DNA of 64,000 nt from a virus: positions 370 through 64,369 of the IMG/VR virus record IMGVR_UViG_3300032332_001463; one strand, given 5' to 3'. The position numbers and the translations under genes are program-made. Each line of letters starts with the position of its first letter. Position 1 is the first letter of the stretch. Shown here in pieces: positions 39,565 through 49,212 of this stretch. Under the pieces are notes generated by a model. The model worked only from the letters and a program-made list of their open reading frames with translations. It did not search any database and was not told the DNA's origin.

Positions 39565-40421
39565 AAGCCGCGCACGAAAAAATTAGCGTAGTCAAATACC
39601 AGTGGTACTTTGTAGTCTGATGTGCATTCATGACACACAGCTGGTTGTGGTGGTACCCCGCCTTCGATGTTGGCTTCGTTGATTCTGTCTCTTACCAATT
39701 GCACTACATTGCTTTTTGCATTTCTATAGAATTCATTGATGTGATTTTTGTCGCTTACCTGCACTCCATCTGCAACTTCAATGTAGTCTGTGGAATCGGT
39801 TACTGTCATCAAGTTGATGTCAATTAATCGGTTCATGCTTTCGGTTATGGCTTGTGACTTGGCTACATCGGTAAGATCGGCATTTTCCAATGCCTGCATC
39901 ATTTTTTGTTCTTCAAAATTCACAGCATTGACCTTGTTTACACCAAAATATGGATTTGGTTTGAGTTTGATTTTTAATCCATCAATTTCCAATACTTTAT
40001 TGTAGTCTGGACTTTTGATAGCAACCAAGCATGTAGATAAATCCATTGCGTGTGTATTGCTTTCGTTGCATGCCGGACACTTGGTTTCAATGTCCATGGT
40101 CTGCCCGTAGCTGGCAATACGTATAGCAATCAACACAGCATCAACATCAATACTGGGCATGTTCCATGCATTTTTGATATTGGGGCAGCAGCTTTGGATA
40201 ACATCAACTACCCCGCTTCCGTTCATGAGTGCGTCCGGAGTTCTAAGAGTGATCTCATCTCGTGTGGTCAAGGGATACACTGGTATTTCGCCATTGGCTG
40301 GTAATTCTAGTGCATTTTCTTCCCAGTATTTCCCGCTACTGGGTAATTTGATATAAATTGCTGGTTGTCTAAAATATTTGGCTAACGGATTAACCGAGTT
40401 TGGTGCAGTAGTGTTTTCCAT
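39561..40421 (-). CDS. gp26: baseplate hub subunit (gp26-like)
   Basis: YFRQPAIYIKLPSSG, DVDAVLIAIRIASYG, CPAC and CHEC zinc motifs. Confidence 0.78.
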   Translation of the reverse strand: MENTTAPNSVNPLAKYFRQPAIYIKLPSSGKYWEENALELPANGEIPVYPLTTRDEITLRTPDALMNGSGVVDVIQSCCPNIKNAWNMPSIDVDAVLIAIRIASYGQTMDIETKCPACNESNTHAMDLSTCLVAIKSPDYNKVLEIDGLKIKLKPNPYFGVNKVNAVNFEEQKMMQALENADLTDVAKSQAITESMNRLIDINLMTVTDSTDYIEVADGVQVSDKNHINEFYRNAKSNVVQLVRDRINEANIEGGVPPQPAVCHECTSDYKVPLVFDYANFFVRGF

Positions 40422-40434
40422 GTATAGTCTCCGG

Positions 40435-40459
40435 ATAAATAGAATATGTAGTATTTATA
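40435..40459. promoter_or_regulatory. pair of opposed late promoters (ATAAATA +, TATAAATA -)
   Basis: ATAAATA 40435-41 on +, exact TATAAATA 40452-59 on -, in a 64-nt divergent gap. Confidence 0.7.
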
Positions 40460-40485
40460 TACGCACATTTTATGGATTTTAATTT

Positions 40486-43400
40486 ATGGCTACCGGACGT
40501 ACTGTTGAAGAACTCCTAGAACAACTCATAGAAATCACCGCCGGCGGACGTGGGCCCGGCGGTGGCGGCGGGATTGATCCCGGTCTAGACCTAGATAAAT
40601 TTAGAGAACAGGTTAAAAACTCAACTGAGTCGATGAAAAAATCATTCACTGAGGATAAAAAATTTGCCAACTTTCTCAAAGGAAATCATCGAGATGTGCA
40701 GGCCATATCAAAGCAGTGGAAAGACACCGCAGAGGGCCTGGACCATCAACTTGAGGAGCTTGAAAAAAGAGTAGTAGAAGCCAGGGGTACTGTTGGCGAA
40801 GCAGATGCAAGAAATAAAAAAGTAGCAGTAGAAGAACAAAAACAAGCACTTCAAAAGCACATGGTACACGAAGCTACCTTGGGCGTAATGAATAATTTTG
40901 GATTGGGTGTAGGAAAAATAGCAGAAGCCATGACCATGGGCGCAGTTAATTTTGCTAAAAATCTACAGAGTGGCGCAAGCGGAGTTGATACTGGATCCCA
41001 ACTGCTGCTTGATGGAGTAGCAACTACAAAAGAAGCAACCGGCATGGTTGGTACTCTGATTGGCGGATTTGGATCAATACTTACTCTTTTTACTGGAAAA
41101 TTTAAAATACTAGGGTATGGATTAGAACTTCTTGGCATTGGCGTTGGCATGGTTGGGGACAAGCTGGCGAAAATTAGTGAAGAGGGTATAAAATATCTCC
41201 AAACTGAACTTAAAAATACTGTAGAAACTTTTACTGCTGCTAATCGAGCCGGAGCACTGTATGCAGATGGCATGACTGGTGTGCGCAATGCAGCGTTTAG
41301 TGCTGGCATGACCATGAAGCAGTTTGGTGCTGTGATCACTGAAAATTCAGCCACTCTGGCTGGTATGGGATTGAGTGTAGCCGAAGGCGCCAAAAAAATG
41401 GGCCAGATAATGAAAGCTGGCGGCGCAGAGTTTACAAAAAATCTACGTAACCTAGGCTACAGCGTTGAAGAGCAGGCCACCATGGTCGCAGAAACCATGA
41501 AAATCATGCGTGGCTCTGGCGGCGGACAGTTAAAGGCCAGTGATGCAAAAGTAGCAGAACAAACAGAAAAATATGCAGAAAATCTGCGAGTGATTGCTGC
41601 AATCACAGGTGAGGACGCTAAAAAGAAAGCTGAAATAGTCAAAGAACAAGCTAGCCAATTGGCATTCCAACAGAAGCTGGCACAAAAATCTCCAGAGCAG
41701 CGGGCGCAGATTGATCGCGCCATGCAAAATATGACCGAGGTAGAGCGTAAAAACTTTATGGACATGGTCAACTTTGGTACAGTAATCAATACACAAGGTG
41801 CAATCATGGAAGCGGCCAGTCCTGCACTAGGTAAATCTGTGCGGGAGATGAAGAAGTCATTTGACGAAGGTACTCTAGACGAAAACAAAACCAGGCAGAT
41901 ACAAGGACAATATAATCCCCAGCAACAAAAGGAACTACTGGGCAATACCGGGATTGCACAGGCTCAGGCAGCAGGTGTAGGCGGTGTTGTTGGTGAGGTA
42001 GGTGTGGGTATGGGCAAACAACTGCAAGAAGTAAATGCTCGCACACCCGAAGCAATAAAAGCCGCAGAAGAAGCAGCTAAAAACCAAAAAACAACAAGTG
42101 ATACACTGACAAAATCGGTAACTGATTTAGAAACAGCAAATCAAAATCTAGCAGTTGCATTGGGTCAAGTCACTACCGGTGCATTGACTGATTTTGCAAA
42201 CGGATTACAAGCGGCATTGAGAACAGTTGAACAAACACTTGATGAGATGGGACTTGGCAATATAAAAAAGAGCAAAACAGAAAAAGATGCAGAAACTGGT
42301 GGGCAAGTTGCTGGTGGTATAGCCGGAGGTGCGATAGGCTTAGGTTTTGGTGCAGCACTTGGCGGGCCAATTGGTGCAGTGATTGGAACCGCAGCAGGCA
42401 CTTATATAGGTGAAAAACTTGGCGGTGTAATTGGCGGAACATTGGGCAAATTTGCAAATTGGCTCAGTCCGGGTGATGATAAAAAATCAAAATCACCTCC
42501 AAAGATGGCTGCTGGTGGTATCACACAAGGCCAGAGTATTGTGGGCGAAGCTGGTCCAGAAGCTGTGGTTCCGCTGCCAAATCAAAAGGCAATTCCGGTA
42601 ATATTAAATGCTGGCAACCTGGCAGATCAGTTGACTGAATCTCTCGCGAGAAGTCAGTCTAAGCAGGGTCAACAAGGTTACGGGGCCAATAATACCAGCT
42701 ACGACGATCTTCCTCGGGAAATGCAGAGTTGGATCAAGACTCGTATGCAGTACGATTCTTATAAGAAGATGACAGAGGAGTCGGCGGACAGCAAGACTCA
42801 TATCAGTGTGGATCCGGCCCACAAAGCCAAAATGGATTCTACTCCCAAGTATCTTGACGATCAGAGCACTGCACTTAAAGAAAAATATGGTAGAGACATT
42901 GCTCAAGAATATCGGGATATGCAGGCCAAACGCACTGCTGAACTGAATGAACAGCAAAAAAAGATCTACGGCAATGATATAAATGCCTACTACAGCAAGC
43001 TGGATGGCATGACCAAAATGGCCAAAGGTGGCATAACCAAAGGGCCAAGCATTGCTGGCGAAGCTGGGCCAGAAGCTGTTATACCATTGGTAGGCGGCGC
43101 AGTACCGGTCACCCTGATTGATAAATCGTTCTTGTTGGACAGTAAGAAACCCGATGCCAGCTTTGAAGAAATCAAAAGTATAATAAAAACTACAATACCA
43201 CCAGTGGGCATGATCAGCCGAGCAGTTGATTTTTTTATTAAGACCGACAACAAAAAACAAGATGGGCTGAATGTGCAAAACATAGCCGATATCAGTCGGG
43301 CATTGAATGCCAATATAAATGACAGAATGTTCCAAGTGGGACAAGATGGGCTTGCTGGGCAGTCACAAGATACAGCTGGTCAGGTACAGGGCATGGCCCA

Positions 43401-44289
43401 GCTCACCCGTGCATTGAATGACAAATCGTTCCAAGTGGGCCAAGGTGGACTGGCTGGTCAGGCACAAGATACAGCCGGTCAGGCACAGGGCATGGCTGAA
43501 CTTAGTCGTTCATTGAATGCCAATATAAATGACAAAATGTTCCAGGTAGGCAAAGATGGGCTTGCTGGTCAAGCGCAGGGTATGTCTGATCTCAGTCGTT
43601 CATTGGATAACAATATAAATGACAAAATGTTCCGGATGAGCAAAGATGGGCTTGCTGATCAGACACGAGACCCTGAAACCAATTTCAGAGACATCAAACG
43701 CATAGTAGAGATTGCAATACCACCAGTGGGCATGATCAGCCGAGCAGTTGATTTTTTTACTAAACCAGCAGAAAAACAACAAGATCCACTGAGTGGGCCA
43801 GACTTGGTCAAGGCGTTGAATGACAAATCGTTTTTGGTGGGCAATGGCGGGCTTGCTGGAGGCATTGCCGGGGGTAAGGATGGGCTTGCTGGGCAAATGC
43901 CGACCACAATGCCAGATTCTGCAAAATATCAAGCTGGTGGCTTTGAAGCTGATAGATCCATGCCAAAATCTGGCCTGTCTGATACAAACTTTGATACCAG
44001 CAAACTACTGGATGCAGCATCTCCAATGTTAGGCATGCTGTCTAAAGCAATATCAACTATAGTAGATAACAAAAACACACCAAACAGGACCACCAACGCT
44101 GATGGTATTGACCCCGGAACAGACATGGGCCTGGGCATGGGCACCAAAGCAAATACCGCGTCTGAAGCGACGGATGCGATGAAACAATTACCAGGTTTGC
44201 TCAAAGCCATGATAAGTCGCAGCGACGACCAACTGCAAGAGCTGCGAGCCACTAGAAACATACAGCAACAAATAGCTAACAACCATTAG
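40486..44289 (+). CDS. tape measure-like tail protein
   Basis: 1267 aa, helical Ala/Gln/Lys-rich, glycine-zipper segments, two MAxGG..GEAGPEAV.PL motifs; next to gp26. Confidence 0.7.
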   Translation: MATGRTVEELLEQLIEITAGGRGPGGGGGIDPGLDLDKFREQVKNSTESMKKSFTEDKKFANFLKGNHRDVQAISKQWKDTAEGLDHQLEELEKRVVEARGTVGEADARNKKVAVEEQKQALQKHMVHEATLGVMNNFGLGVGKIAEAMTMGAVNFAKNLQSGASGVDTGSQLLLDGVATTKEATGMVGTLIGGFGSILTLFTGKFKILGYGLELLGIGVGMVGDKLAKISEEGIKYLQTELKNTVETFTAANRAGALYADGMTGVRNAAFSAGMTMKQFGAVITENSATLAGMGLSVAEGAKKMGQIMKAGGAEFTKNLRNLGYSVEEQATMVAETMKIMRGSGGGQLKASDAKVAEQTEKYAENLRVIAAITGEDAKKKAEIVKEQASQLAFQQKLAQKSPEQRAQIDRAMQNMTEVERKNFMDMVNFGTVINTQGAIMEAASPALGKSVREMKKSFDEGTLDENKTRQIQGQYNPQQQKELLGNTGIAQAQAAGVGGVVGEVGVGMGKQLQEVNARTPEAIKAAEEAAKNQKTTSDTLTKSVTDLETANQNLAVALGQVTTGALTDFANGLQAALRTVEQTLDEMGLGNIKKSKTEKDAETGGQVAGGIAGGAIGLGFGAALGGPIGAVIGTAAGTYIGEKLGGVIGGTLGKFANWLSPGDDKKSKSPPKMAAGGITQGQSIVGEAGPEAVVPLPNQKAIPVILNAGNLADQLTESLARSQSKQGQQGYGANNTSYDDLPREMQSWIKTRMQYDSYKKMTEESADSKTHISVDPAHKAKMDSTPKYLDDQSTALKEKYGRDIAQEYRDMQAKRTAELNEQQKKIYGNDINAYYSKLDGMTKMAKGGITKGPSIAGEAGPEAVIPLVGGAVPVTLIDKSFLLDSKKPDASFEEIKSIIKTTIPPVGMISRAVDFFIKTDNKKQDGLNVQNIADISRALNANINDRMFQVGQDGLAGQSQDTAGQVQGMAQLTRALNDKSFQVGQGGLAGQAQDTAGQAQGMAELSRSLNANINDKMFQVGKDGLAGQAQGMSDLSRSLDNNINDKMFRMSKDGLADQTRDPETNFRDIKRIVEIAIPPVGMISRAVDFFTKPAEKQQDPLSGPDLVKALNDKSFLVGNGGLAGGIAGGKDGLAGQMPTTMPDSAKYQAGGFEADRSMPKSGLSDTNFDTSKLLDAASPMLGMLSKAISTIVDNKNTPNRTTNADGIDPGTDMGLGMGTKANTASEATDAMKQLPGLLKAMISRSDDQLQELRATRNIQQQIANNH
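43193..43890 (+). repeat. intragenic duplications in the tape-measure-like gene
   Basis: Exact 45-bp copy at 43193-43237 and 43715-43759; five LN...DK.F.V..GLAG units. Confidence 0.85.
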
Positions 44290-44296
44290 AATATAT

Positions 44297-44304
44297 TATA
44301 AATA
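44297..44304 (+). promoter_or_regulatory. T4-like late promoter TATAAATA (portal)
   Basis: Exact consensus 22 nt before the portal ATG. Confidence 0.8.
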
Positions 44305-44326
44305 CGTGTTAACATAGAAATTTCAC

Positions 44327-46075
44327 ATGGCAGAACCCAAAACACAATCAGGCGGCAGTTGGAAAAAGTATTTCCGTACAGCCAATGGCAATAGTGTGAG
44401 TCCAATTGGCAGTGGTGGTAACCCTACCATGGGCGGTGACATGAAGTACAGCAACTACCAAAGTCAGCTGCCAGAAATCTATATTGGACATCCCAACCGA
44501 TTAGAACGCTACAATCAGTACGAGCAAATGGACATGGACAGCGAAGTCAATGCTGCACTGGACATTTTGGCTGAGTTCAGCACACAGCCACATGAAGAAA
44601 CCAATCTGCCATTTGATGTACACTACAAGGAAGATCCCACTGATAACGAAATCAAGATCATCAAAGAGCAGCTACAGCAGTGGGTGACCTTGAACGAATT
44701 CAACAAGCGCATGTTCAAAATCATGCGCAACACCATCAAGTATGGCGATCAGGTGTTTATCCGTGATCCAGAAACATTCAAACTGTTCTGGACTGAAATG
44801 AGCAAAGTGGTCAAGATCATCGTAAACGAAGCAGACGGTAAAAAACCCGAGCAGTATGTGATCAAAGACCTACAGCCCAACTTTCAAAACATGACTGCCA
44901 CAGCACTCAGCACCACAGATACCTATACCAACAGCCCACAAACTGGCGGGGGCGGTGGCAGCTATGCACAACCAAAATCTCCCTACACCGGCGGCAGCAG
45001 ATTCAGTCATGCACAGAACGAAGCTGTGATCAATGCCGAGCATGTGATACACGTGGGACTGACCGAGGGCTTGGACACATTCTGGCCATTTGGTAACAGC
45101 GCACTGGAAAATGTGTTCAAAGTATTCAAGCAGAAAGAATTGCTAGAAGATTCGATCATTATCTATCGTGTGCAACGTGCGCCGGAGCGCAGAGCATTTT
45201 ACATTGACGTGGGCAACATGCCCAGTCACATGGCCATGGCCTTTGTTGAACGTGTGAAAAACGAAATTGCACAGCGCAGGATTCCCACACAGACCGGCAA
45301 TGGCACCACCAACATGATGGATGCTACATACAATCCACTAAGCACCAACGAAGACTTCTTTTTCCCACAAACAGCAGATGGTCGTGGTAGCAAAGTTGAA
45401 GTGCTACAGGGCGGACAGAATCTAGGTGAGATCACAGACTTGCGCTTTTTCACCAACAAGTTGTTCCGTGGCCTGCGTATTCCCAGCAGCTATTTGCCCA
45501 CAGGCACAGACGACGGCAGTCAAACCTATAACGATGGCAAAGTGGGCACAGCCTTGATCCAGGAATGGCGTTTTAACCAGTACTGCAAACGCCTGCAGAA
45601 AATGGTTATTGAAAAATTTGATACAGAATTCAAGATGTTCATGCGTTGGCGTGGCATCAATATTGACGGGCAGTTGTTTGATCTAGTATTCAACGACCCG
45701 CAAAACTTTGCACAGTATCGCCAGGCTGAAGTTGATGGTGCCAGAATTGGTACCTTTACACAGCTAGAAGCTTTCCCTTACTTCAGCAAGCGTTTCTTGA
45801 TGAAGCGTTACCTGGGCATGAGTGAGCAGGAAATGAGCGAAAATGAAAACATGTGGTTGGAAGAGCGCGGCGATGCAGAAAATGCTCCAACAGAAGATTT
45901 AGGCCTACGCAGCGTGGGAGTGACTCCGGGTGGACTGGATACTGATCTAGGTGCCATAACACCACCCGAGGGCGGAGAAGAAGGTGCAGCAGGCGCAGCA
46001 GGCGCAGCAGGTGCAGCAGCACCTGGCGGTGCCGCCGGTGATATGGGCGCAGCACCTGCTCCGGCACCAACTTAA
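44327..46075 (+). CDS. gp20: portal vertex protein (gp20-like)
   Basis: LLEDSIIIYRVQRAPERRAFYIDVGNMP, EDFFFP, LPGG-like LQGGQNLGEI.D, LRIPSS. Confidence 0.95.
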   Translation: MAEPKTQSGGSWKKYFRTANGNSVSPIGSGGNPTMGGDMKYSNYQSQLPEIYIGHPNRLERYNQYEQMDMDSEVNAALDILAEFSTQPHEETNLPFDVHYKEDPTDNEIKIIKEQLQQWVTLNEFNKRMFKIMRNTIKYGDQVFIRDPETFKLFWTEMSKVVKIIVNEADGKKPEQYVIKDLQPNFQNMTATALSTTDTYTNSPQTGGGGGSYAQPKSPYTGGSRFSHAQNEAVINAEHVIHVGLTEGLDTFWPFGNSALENVFKVFKQKELLEDSIIIYRVQRAPERRAFYIDVGNMPSHMAMAFVERVKNEIAQRRIPTQTGNGTTNMMDATYNPLSTNEDFFFPQTADGRGSKVEVLQGGQNLGEITDLRFFTNKLFRGLRIPSSYLPTGTDDGSQTYNDGKVGTALIQEWRFNQYCKRLQKMVIEKFDTEFKMFMRWRGINIDGQLFDLVFNDPQNFAQYRQAEVDGARIGTFTQLEAFPYFSKRFLMKRYLGMSEQEMSENENMWLEERGDAENAPTEDLGLRSVGVTPGGLDTDLGAITPPEGGEEGAAGAAGAAGAAAPGGAAGDMGAAPAPAPT

Positions 46076-46098
46076 TTGGAATTCGGTTAAATAACATT

Positions 46099-46320
46099 AT
46101 GTATGTAACCGAACTATTCTCGCCCACACCAACTGGCTATTCTACAGAAAAAGACGACAATACGGTTCTCAAACTGAGTGATCTACGTAAAAGTAGACTC
46201 AGTCTAGAGCAGCTGAATCGTCTTAGAATCATGAATGATGTGCGCAAACTTGAGCACGAACAAAAGCTAAAAACAGTGGCCACACAGTATAAACCGCCTG
46301 CTGAAGCCCCAGCTTTGTAG
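46099..46320 (+). CDS. small conserved head-module hypothetical protein
   Basis: Between portal and prohead core; own TAAATA motif; RKSRLSLEQLNRLR. Confidence 0.65.
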   Translation: MYVTELFSPTPTGYSTEKDDNTVLKLSDLRKSRLSLEQLNRLRIMNDVRKLEHEQKLKTVATQYKPPAEAPAL

Positions 46321-46431
46321 GTTTTTCGGCATAGCCCGTAAAAACCACTAAAAAACACCCATTATAACCGAAATATTTGTATATTATGTAAATAATGTAC
46401 AAGCTTCATTATTAACCTAAAAGGAGTTCTC

Positions 46432-47340
46432 ATGAACAAGTATGAACAATTAATTGAATTTATTATCAATGAACAAGAAGACAAAGCACGTGATCTTTTT
46501 CACCAACTAGTGGTTGAAAAAAGTCGTGACATCTACGAGAGTCTCATTGACGAAAACGATTTTGACGAAGACGTCGGTGGAAACCAAGTCCAAGGTCTTA
46601 TGAATGACGTTACTGCTGATGAAGGCGGTATGCACGAAGAAGACGACGAAATTGGTGCCGACAGTGATACCGACCTAGGCGGTGACGAAGAACTAGGTGG
46701 TGACGACATGGGCGACATGGATGACATGGGCGGCGAAGAAGGTACACCAGAAGAAAAGATTGAAAACACCATTATGGATCTTGAGTCTGCACTTGATGAT
46801 CTCAAAGCTGAATTTGACCAGTTGATGGGCAAAGACGGTGGCGACGACATGGGCGGAATGGATGACATGGGCGGTATGGACGACATGGGCGGTGACGACA
46901 TGGGCGGAGAATTTGATGCTCCTGGCGCCGAAGACGAAAGCATCATGCGCGAGTATGTTGAAGACCACGGACAAGTATACAAGCAAGCCCCAGCCACTGG
47001 CGAAGGCAAGACTGTTGGTAAAGGTGGCGATGCCCCGGCACTGAACAAGCAAAGCATTGTAGCCAAGCCAAACAGAATGAGCAACTCTAACGATTTGCTT
47101 AAAGGCGGTACTGAGCAAGCTGCTGATGGTAAGCCAACACCAACACCTAGCAACCAGTACACCAAAGGTCGTGGCGAGTTGAAGGGCGCAGGTTCTTTTG
47201 AGAATACCCCTAATGCACACACCAAAGGTTACACAAATCGTGCTACCAGCTATGAAAAAGCCAAAGGCAAAGAAGGCGAAACTACTGACGGTAAACTGCC
47301 AGTAACTAGCAAGAGCGTGGTTGGCGGAAAAGTTCGTTAA
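46432..47340 (+). CDS. acidic prohead core/scaffold-associated protein
   Basis: SD AAGGAG; very Asp/Glu-rich with GGDDMG repeats; position before protease. Confidence 0.6.
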   Translation: MNKYEQLIEFIINEQEDKARDLFHQLVVEKSRDIYESLIDENDFDEDVGGNQVQGLMNDVTADEGGMHEEDDEIGADSDTDLGGDEELGGDDMGDMDDMGGEEGTPEEKIENTIMDLESALDDLKAEFDQLMGKDGGDDMGGMDDMGGMDDMGGDDMGGEFDAPGAEDESIMREYVEDHGQVYKQAPATGEGKTVGKGGDAPALNKQSIVAKPNRMSNSNDLLKGGTEQAADGKPTPTPSNQYTKGRGELKGAGSFENTPNAHTKGYTNRATSYEKAKGKEGETTDGKLPVTSKSVVGGKVR

Positions 47341-47349
47341 TAGGCCAGT

Positions 47350-47991
47350 ATGGTAGCTTATCTAAGAGAACATCTTACATTTGACAACGCCAGGATGGAA
47401 GTCCTGGCAGAGTCGTCTGGCGATGGCGGCACAGGTAAGAACTACTACATGAAAGGCATTTTCATCCAAGGTGGTGTTAAGAACGCTAACCAGCGTGTTT
47501 ATCCAACTGATGAAATTGCTCGTGCAGTGGGCACAATTGACAAGCAGATCAAAGAAGGTTACAGTGTACTGGGTGAGTTAGATCATCCCGAAGACTTGAA
47601 GATCAACTTGGATCGTGTTTGCCATATGATCACTGACATGTGGATGGACGGCCCCAACGGCTTTGGTAAGTTAAAGATTTTGCCGACTCCAATGGGACAA
47701 CTGGTTATTACCATGTTGCAAAGCGGAGTTAAATTAGGCGTTAGCAGTCGTGGTAGCGGCAACGTGAACGAAGGCAACGGACAGGTTAGCGATTTTGAGA
47801 TAGTTACTGTAGATATTGTAGCACAACCCAGTGCCCCTAATGCATACCCAAAAGCCATCTATGAAGGCTTGATGAATATGTCGGGTGGCAATAGGATTTT
47901 AGAAATGGCAGGAGATGCCCGGACTGATCCAAAAGTGCAACGATATTTAAAACAAGAAGTATTAAAAGTAATTGCTGATTTAAAATTATAA
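47350..47991 (+). CDS. gp21: prohead protease (gp21-like)
   Basis: KNANQRVYP, GELDHP, LGVSSRGSG, DIVAQPSAPNA. Confidence 0.93.
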   Translation: MVAYLREHLTFDNARMEVLAESSGDGGTGKNYYMKGIFIQGGVKNANQRVYPTDEIARAVGTIDKQIKEGYSVLGELDHPEDLKINLDRVCHMITDMWMDGPNGFGKLKILPTPMGQLVITMLQSGVKLGVSSRGSGNVNEGNGQVSDFEIVTVDIVAQPSAPNAYPKAIYEGLMNMSGGNRILEMAGDARTDPKVQRYLKQEVLKVIADLKL

Positions 47992-48090
47992 AGTAGAAAA
48001 TTTCCGATAACCCAGTTGGGTTATTTGAAACCTTGCCAAACTGCAAGATGATTACTGAAAAAGTAAACAGTTTAGAACAGGAGAACCACA

Positions 48091-49185
48091 ATGTTCGATA
48101 CATTGAAACCATTGTTAGATGCCAGCATTGTCAACGAGGAAACTCGTACAGCAATCAGCGAAGCTTGGGATACCAAGCTAGTTGAGGCACGGGAGCATAT
48201 TCGCGCAGAACTGCGTGAGGAAATGGCTAGCCGATATGAACATGACAAAAAAGTAATGGTCGAAGCTTTGGACAAAATGGTAACAGAAGGCTTGACCGCT
48301 GAAATTGCAGAATTTGCAGGGGAAAAACAAGCCATGGTCGAAGATCGTGTGAAATTTAAAAATCACATGATGGAAAGTGCTGGACGCTTTGAAAGCTTCT
48401 TGGTTAAGAAGTTGAGCGAAGAAATCCAAGAACTACGTAGTGATCGCAAGCGTCAAACTGAAAACTTTAAACGCCTAGAAAAATTCGTAGTACATGCACT
48501 TGCAGAGGAAATTAAAGAATTCGCTGCCGACAAGAAGCAAGTAGTAGAAACCAAAGTTCGCTTGATCTCTACTGCCCGTGCTAAACTAGATGAATTGCAA
48601 GGACGTTTTATCGCCCGTAGCAGCAAGCTAGTTAAAGAAGCTGTTGCCGCTAATCTAAAGACTGAATTGACCCAGCTTAAAGAAGACATCCAAACTGCTC
48701 GTGAGAACATGTTTGGTCGTAGATTGTTTGAAGCATTTGTAAGCGAATACAGCGTTACTCACTTGAATGAGAACAAAGAAATCCGCAAACTACATGAAAC
48801 AATCCAACAACAAAAGCAAGCGATTACCGCAATCTCTAGTACCGTTACTGCAAAGGAACGTGTAGTTGAGAGCAAGGATCGTGAGCTGCGTATTATTAAG
48901 GAATCAATGGAGCGCCGTGCAGCAATGTCCAGCTTGTTGAAACCCCTTAATCAAGAAAAAGCTACTGTGATGACAGAGCTTCTGGAAAATGTACAGACTG
49001 ATAAGTTGCAGTCTGCATTTGAAAAGTATCTACCAGCAGTGCTGAACAATGCACCTGTTAAGCGTTCTGAAAAGACCGCATTGACAGAAAGCAGAAGTGA
49101 AGTTACTGGAGATAAATCTGCTAAATCTGCACAGAACTCTGACACCAATGTCATTGATTTGAAGCGTTTAGCAGGGCTAAAATAA
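48091..49185 (+). CDS. gp22: prohead core scaffold protein (gp22-like)
   Basis: Coiled-coil Glu/Lys-rich ORF between protease and major capsid; SD AGGAG. Confidence 0.8.
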   Translation: MFDTLKPLLDASIVNEETRTAISEAWDTKLVEAREHIRAELREEMASRYEHDKKVMVEALDKMVTEGLTAEIAEFAGEKQAMVEDRVKFKNHMMESAGRFESFLVKKLSEEIQELRSDRKRQTENFKRLEKFVVHALAEEIKEFAADKKQVVETKVRLISTARAKLDELQGRFIARSSKLVKEAVAANLKTELTQLKEDIQTARENMFGRRLFEAFVSEYSVTHLNENKEIRKLHETIQQQKQAITAISSTVTAKERVVESKDRELRIIKESMERRAAMSSLLKPLNQEKATVMTELLENVQTDKLQSAFEKYLPAVLNNAPVKRSEKTALTESRSEVTGDKSAKSAQNSDTNVIDLKRLAGLK

Positions 49186-49212
49186 AATAGTTAACCTTAA
49201 AGGAAAAGAAAA

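Noticed and set aside
43193-43759. Repeat pair as diversity-generating retroelement TR/VR
   Set aside because: Copies are identical over 45 bp, both coding in one gene, with no adenine-specific mismatches and no reverse transcriptase in the window
46690-46910. GACGACATGGGCGG short repeats
   Set aside because: Encode the acidic GGDDMG low-complexity tract of the prohead core protein
40851-47225. Long antisense ORFs (e.g. 42604-43344, 46533-47225)
   Set aside because: Shadows of codon bias and low-complexity sequence in well-supported + strand genes
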